Below, piece by piece: positions 50,600 through 56,738 of a DNA stretch of 56,738 nt; position 1 is the first letter of the stretch, and every line of letters starts with the position of its first letter. The position numbers and the translations under genes are program-made. Source of the DNA: Prorocentrum cordatum (Eukaryota); assembly GCA_963575745.1 (NCBI GenBank), contig CAUYUJ010000072.1, forward strand, positions 62,001 to 118,738. Reading direction: 5' to 3'. The notes below the pieces were generated by a model. The model worked only from the letters and a program-made list of their open reading frames with translations, ran no database searches and had not been told where the DNA came from.

Positions 50600-53392
50600 G
50601 AGCAATACCAGGTCTGGCCACATCAGATTTTGATCACCATCGGCACCCTGCTCCCAAGAAGGTGCAAGGGGACAGGGTGATCGGCCTTCTTTTCTCTTTT
50701 TGGACGGACCTGGTCCAAGGTCCGCGAGAGTCATGTCAGATACTGGACCGACCATTGCGAGGCGCAATGGGACGCTGCTATTCGTGGCAACGCGGCCGTC
50801 CATGAGGTGTTCCTCAAGGCGGTCGACGAGGAAGTTGTTGGCAGGCTCTATTTTGCACATGGACATGGGCTGCTAGATTTTGCTCAGTTCTACGACCGTG
50901 TCGGATGACATCGTATTGGAGCGGCAGCATTACGTCTAGGATTTCCTCCAGGGATCCTCGGCCTGGAACTGCAGCAATGCATGGCCGCAAGATGTGTGCG
51001 GCAGGCTGGCGCCTGTCCCCCTTTCAACCCCACACGGTCCATCGTGGAAGGGCTACGAGGAGGAACCCGATTCGGCAAATGCGCCACACACTTCATTATG
51101 GCCAAGATCACTGAAGCTCACGTCAATATGTCACAGGCGCTGCTGGGGTGGATGATTTGAGCCAATCAGCTCGAGGATCCAGCAAATCAATGTGTCAACA
51201 GATGTTCTTATGTCTTAAGGATACGGTTCTGTGCATGAATGATGCTGGACTCAAGATATCCCCCCAGAGCGTCATCCCATGCAGGAGGCCCGCGGTATTT
51301 CCAGACGGCCGGCGGCGCGCGGGCACCAGGCCAAGGCGGTCAGCGGCATATCTCGGAGCGGACCTCAGCGGAGGACGACGACGATGTCGGTCCACCAGAG
51401 TCGCGCGCGCCGCCAAGCACGCCAGGATGTCAACCAAGATCGGCAGCTACGGGCGCACTCTCCGACGCCATCGACTCACGGCGCGCCTGGGGCAGCAAGG
51501 CGCCGCGCCAGCAGGGCTTCGTGGGCATCAACTGCACGGCGTTTTCGGTGTCCAGCTGGCCGCAGTACGACGACGACAGGCGTCAGTTGCGGCCCCCGGC
51601 CCACTGGGCGCTGTGCTACTACCCTCCTCGACCTTGTCACTCCGAACAGAGATCCAGCGTGCCGTCTCCCATGCGAGACCCTGCGGGCGTGGATTGGTGC
51701 GTGGATCTCGGAACCGCGCATTCGAGGAGGTATCGAGCGCACTGGGCCTTGGCTAGTTCGGGAGTTGTCCTCAAGACCCAGGGCCCAAAAGTTGTTGACG
51801 AGTGCGAGGACCTCCTGCCGCTGTCATCACCTGCCTACTCCAGGCAGGCTGGGAACCTGAACAACAGCCTGGGGCATTCCAGATCTTACTAGTGGGCGGG
51901 TGTTTCAGACGGATTTCTTGACAGGCCGCGCGGCCACAGACGTCCCCAACGATTTCTTCCACGAATCTCAGAGTACCAGCCAGGCAGATTTATGGCGCAA
52001 GGCGGCCTTGTACTTTGGAGGCGCTGGGTCGGAAGACGGTGCATGCAACGACAGTTACCGACAGCTGCTCAAGCAGCTCGAACGAGCTCCTGGCGGCAGA
52101 AGGCTCACTGGCTTGATGCTCGCAGTTGCGACGGGCGCTTCCTGGCCTCGGGCTAGGCGACAAGCTCGTTGCAAGCGGCAGCACTCGACCGCGTGTGCAA
52201 GATGCCGACATGAGGTGGAGACTAGTTTTCATCGCGCGTGGGGCTGTTCAGCTAAGTCCAGCAGCCCCGTGTATCAACTCAGGGAGCAGTATGCGATCAA
52301 GGCCTACACTCAGGCTGAGGCCGACGAGTGTTTTTGGACCAGGGGACTCATTCCAGCCAAGCGGGTCGAGGCCCAACCACCACCTGCAGCAGAGTGCGGG
52401 GTCTTTCAAGACGAGGCGACCACTGCAGATCTGGTTCCAGGGTCCGAGGCGACACCCTGTTTCTGTTTTGGTCATGCAAGTGGAGGCAAGGACACGTTGT
52501 CTCCCAGACTACGCCGCGCGGGCATGGGCCTGGCGGTGTTTGTTCTACATCGCGGACTATGCAGCGGTCTGCACAGGCTGGCACGAGCAGAAGTGGAGGG
52601 TGCCCTACAGGTAACGACGACCTGTGGCATTCCATCGGGCTGGCGCTGAAGGACCGAGAGGAGGCATCAGTTTTCTTCGTCAACTCCCACCTCGAGCTGC
52701 ACCAGGCCTCCGCCCAGAACCCGAGGTACTTCAGCATGGGCAATCCAGAGGCCGATCGCCTGGCCGCCCTAGGCGCCGAGGCGGCGCGCCTGACTGAGGC
52801 TACCCGTGCTAGAGTAAAACAAGTCGAATGCATGGCCTTCGCGGTCAGGATGAGGATCCTCAAGAGTTCCCTCGAGGCCATTCGCGCCTAGGAATGTCTC
52901 GAGAGAGAGGACCGTCAGAATGGCCGTGGGCGACGAAGAGCTACGGTCGTTGTGACGCCTCCCGCTCCAAGCATTTGTGCAGCCTTTGCCTCCCGCCATC
53001 AGTTGGGTGAGAATGGTCGTTCGTGCACTAAGTGTCGTAGTTCGGCTTCACCTGCTAGGAAAACAAGGTGTGGCTGGACTCGCCATGTTTTGACTGAGTC
53101 AATGTGGGCGGCGAGGTATATGAACCTCCTCCTGGGGCCGAGGTGCACATTTCAGGGGGTCTTGCTCGCCACTCGCACGCACTCAGGTTTCACCAGAGGG
53201 TCGGGGTGTGGTTCTGTAGTGTCTGTGGGTGTTTTCGCAGCCGAACAGCTCGCGAAACTGAGCGAACAGTGTTCAGGCCGCCTAGACGGTAAGCGAATTA
53301 ATTACCGTAAACGTACCTACCAGGGTCTTTGGCCCAAGGCCTTCAGCAAGGTCGAGCTCGCCAGGAGAGCTGTCAAGCAGAAGCCAGCGTAG
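50600..53392 (+). mobile_element. Decayed LINE 3' half: RT, zf-RVT-like knuckle, RNase H and C-terminal Cys/His motif
   Basis: GVDDLSQ, AGLKIS, YLGADLSGGRRR, CARCRHEVETSFHRAWGC, CFWTRGLIP, FGHASGG...RRAG, VNSH...GNPEADRLA, WFCSVCG; broken by stops and frameshifts. Confidence 0.8.
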
Positions 53393-56300
53393 GAACCTTT
53401 CAACGACCCAGTCGCCCAATCCAGATGCTCCAGATGCTCCTCCTCCTCCTCCTCCTCCTCCTTCTCTCTCCGTTTCATCTCCTCCTCCCTCCTCGTCACC
53501 TGTCCGCGGCTGTGCGCGCCGGGCCGACCTGTGGATCTCAGGCCTCCGGCGCTTTGGGCACATGACGAACACTACGCAAACCCTTTCCACCAAGAAAATT
53601 GCCCAGGCCCCACGGATAGAGGCGCGTGGATCGAGGCGTTGGTGTTTGTTTGAGGCCCTGGTGGCCTCCACGAGGCTCCTCGCGGCCACGGTTTATTTCT
53701 GGTCGGGGCGCCGCCCGCGAGAGGTCAAGGGCTAGTTCACTCACCCGTGGGCTCAGACCCCCTCGCGTCTAGGAGCGTTCCTGGCGGACGGTATTCGGTG
53801 GATGTCGGCCGCCCCCCCAGAGCCGTCGCCGTCCCCCCACTGTCGTCAAGCATGGCCGGGAACGCGGGGTCCAGACTTGCGATGACGTGCCGACGTCGGG
53901 GACATTGGTCGGCCCATATTCCGCCTAGTCATGGATAAGTCGCGACGGGAGGTTTCGGCAAACGTTCGACCTCCAGGACCCCTTACATCGGCCTAGGGAC
54001 CGTGAGAAAGTCGCCCGGCGAAGCGCCAGCACTGGGGCAATGGTCAGGGTCTCCAGGAGCCCATACTTCAAGAGGTAGAAGTCAACACGGACACGACGAA
54101 CCGTCGGTTCTTATTAGATATATAGGAGGAGTGGGAAGTGGATGGGAAGACGAGGCTCCCGAACATACGGAAAATTCAGTGAAACCAGGGTCTTCTTTTG
54201 ACTATGTATAAGTTTGCGTGTGTGTCCCTGGCCCACATCACGGGGTTGAGAATTCACAACGTCTGAGGTCCGGGATCGGACGTGTTCCGCCGCTCGTGGC
54301 CTCCGGGTGCTGTCTCTCTCGGGCCTGGGGGGGGGGGAGCGGAAGAGCCGATCTGGAAGCGAGTGGCCTGAGTTGCGGACAGTTGGGGGCTCCTTTGTCA
54401 AAAGGTTTGGGTGCACCTAAGGAGTGGCCCTGCGCCAGGGTGACCTTCGATGCGGGTTCACTCACAGGGCCCCCATCCCCCCAGTAGCACTGCCCTGCGC
54501 GCTTGATTTTGGCCTACCCGCGGCCTGTCTGAGCCGCGCACCATACCTCACCCTTGCCTAGGGTCACTCTTGCATATATATATACACTATACACATATGT
54601 CTAGTCGAGAGGTGCGCATGGCGCGGCGTAGAAACAAAACCAGGCTTGTACGGTGCTACTGAGGCGGCGACTGGGGACGGCAGGATGAACTGCAGCATTG
54701 GATGGCACGTCGCTCCGCCAGTTCTGGCCCACCACGCTTCGGCGCGACACGTTCTCCACTGTCTGTTTCCGACGTGTCAACGTCCCGAGTTTTCCCCAGG
54801 GCGGGCTTTTCATCGTTAGCCGTGTTTTGACGCTCCTGGGGCCCTGTGCGAGCACCCGGAGCCTGAAAACAACAAACATTTCCCGTCTAGACTTCTCCAC
54901 GACGCGAGCGTGTTTTGGTCCCCGCTCCTCATCGTCCGCCGCCTCCCTCGAGCAGACGTAAGAGTGACCCTTCGCAGGACTGACCTTTGGTGCGGGCTCA
55001 TCGGAGCCACCTCGCGATAGCTGAGCGCGATGCGATAGCGGCTGCTTGCGCGCCTGGATTTGGTCACTCTCGCCCAGGGTCCTTTTTTCGAGCCAGACGA
55101 AAGGGGGGGATAGGGAAAAAGGGGGGGTACGAAATCTGCTGCATGCAGCTGGTTTCAGCCCCACCGAGGGGCCCATTCCTCGATACATGGCCGCCTCCGG
55201 CGCCGGGAAAATCAGCTGCGTGAGCTGATTCTCAAACCCCCCGATTGCTATCACCCCCTTCCGCCTGGCCCGACTTTTGCGCGTGGCCGAGAGCACGCCG
55301 TGGCCCCCGAAGACGGGGGCGCTCCCGCGGCGGCGGGGGCCCGCCCCATGGTGCTGCCGGCGGCCAAGAGGAGGTGGGCGCGGGCGCAACAGGTGCCGGC
55401 GGTTCAAAGATGGGGCCCAGAGGGATCCTCCTCCTCCTCCTCCTCCTCCTCCTCCTCCTCCTCCTCCTCCTCCTCCTCTTCCTCCTCAAAAAGTCAGGCT
55501 GATACAGAGCCATTCTACCGTGCAGCTTGCAACACGAGTAGCCAATCCGTTGACGACAGGTGGGTCCGACTCATTTTTTGTTTTGTCTTGCTATCCTCCT
55601 CCTCCTCCTCCTCCTCCTCCTCCTCCTCCTCCACCACTCTTCCTCCTCCTCCTCTCCCCCCTACTCTTCCTCCTCCCCCTCTTACTCTCCGGCCTCCTCC
55701 TCCTTCCTACTCCTCCTTCCTCTCCTTATCCTGTTACCTACTCTTCCTCCTCCCCCTCTTCCTCCTCCTCTTCCTCCTCCCCCTCTATTCCTCCTCCTCC
55801 TCCTCCTCCTCCTCCTCTTCATCCTCCTCCTCATCCTGATCCAGTTCCCTCCCTGCCTCCTTCCCTTCTCTAAGGCCCTGAAGGATGCTCGGGCTGGACG
55901 AAAGGGTAGGGTGGGAAAAGGGGGAGGCACGGAATCTGCTGCATTCAGCAGGTTTCCGTCCCACCGCCGGGCCCATTTCTCGATGCATAGGCGCCTCCTG
56001 GCGCCAGAAGGCGCCAGGACAGCCAGCCTACACTTTCGTTCCCCCGAGATGCGCGGGCAAGGTTTCGATTCATGCCCATTGCGTCTTGGACTTTTTGGGG
56101 AGGTGCACCAAAAGGCCGAGGCGCAATCGGTATGGATGAAAATCGAACTTCTAGGGGTAAGAGGTTTTCCCACATCATCTGCGCCTCGGAAGTCTGGGGG
56201 GGAGTCTTGCACGCAGGATTGGGTGCTACAACTAATTTTCCCCCTGGCGATAATAGGCGTGACCTGAGGGGGAGGGGCGGGAGGGGGCCAGTAACGACAC

Positions 56301-56738
56301 GATTCGTGCCATCCTTGTTTGGGAATGCTTGAGAATGGCTGATTCCCAGACGGCGCTGGCGCGAATCGTGACGTGACCAGTGGGGGAGTGGGGTGGGGCT
56401 GGTCACGGGCGTTATCGAATGGCCTTTCATCCACCCCGCCACCGTGTCTGGTTTGTGAGTGGGAGGCCTCTTAGATGTTCGTTCGGATCTCCTTGGAGGC
56501 TTCTCGGGGGCCTCCTGGAAACAGTTTTGAAGCCTCTGGGGAGCTGTGTTGGGACCTCTTTCGGGCCTTAGCGGTGGTCCTCCTTGACTGTGCCTCCCAC
56601 CGTGTCCCTCCTCCGCCGCGGCCCAAGTTTGAACGTCCGAAACTTTCTAAACATGCCCGTGAGACTTGAAAGCTCAGTCGTGCCCTGAGTAAGTCGCAGC
56701 ACAAGATCCCGAATCCTCACCGCCCATTTTGGCAGTGC

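Noticed and set aside
55097..55998. Diverged ~100-bp direct repeat (55097-55198 and 55897-55998) as LTRs
   Set aside because: No TG...CA termini or internal coding sequence; likely fragments of a dispersed repeat.

Overview
Repeat-rich, GC-rich eukaryotic DNA, almost certainly from a dinoflagellate (inferred from relics of the dinoflagellate spliced leader, GA/GC splice donors with AG|G acceptors, and Prorocentrum-style PPR relics). The main feature is a full-length ~15.6 kb tyrosine-recombinase (DIRS-order, Ngaro/PAT-type) retrotransposon at 12484-28049 with split direct repeats in the order A1-ORFs-B1-A2-B2. It integrated through a 2-nt AC core into one arm of a host palindrome, and empty copies of that target lie next to it. 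Its coding region reads as one nearly continuous ~4,700-codon polyprotein broken by four frameshifts and one TAG: membrane-anchored N-terminal region, Gag-like region with CCCH finger, OTU-like cysteine protease, C5 DNA methyltransferase, RT, RNase H, a second catalytically dead C5-MTase fold, tyrosine recombinase, and a terminal dsRBD-like/RRM/ZZ-finger/RS-KG region. Its A repeat carries a spliced-leader-like sequence and the B/A junction can fold into a hairpin. The element appears to lie in a ~26 kb intron of a + strand host gene encoding tandem S1 (OB-fold) domains, for which five exons can be chained in phase. The rest is microsatellites, minisatellites, two decayed LINEs, a truncated second DIRS-like gag fragment, PPR relics and dispersed repeats. 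All domain calls come from reading motifs by eye; no searches were run.
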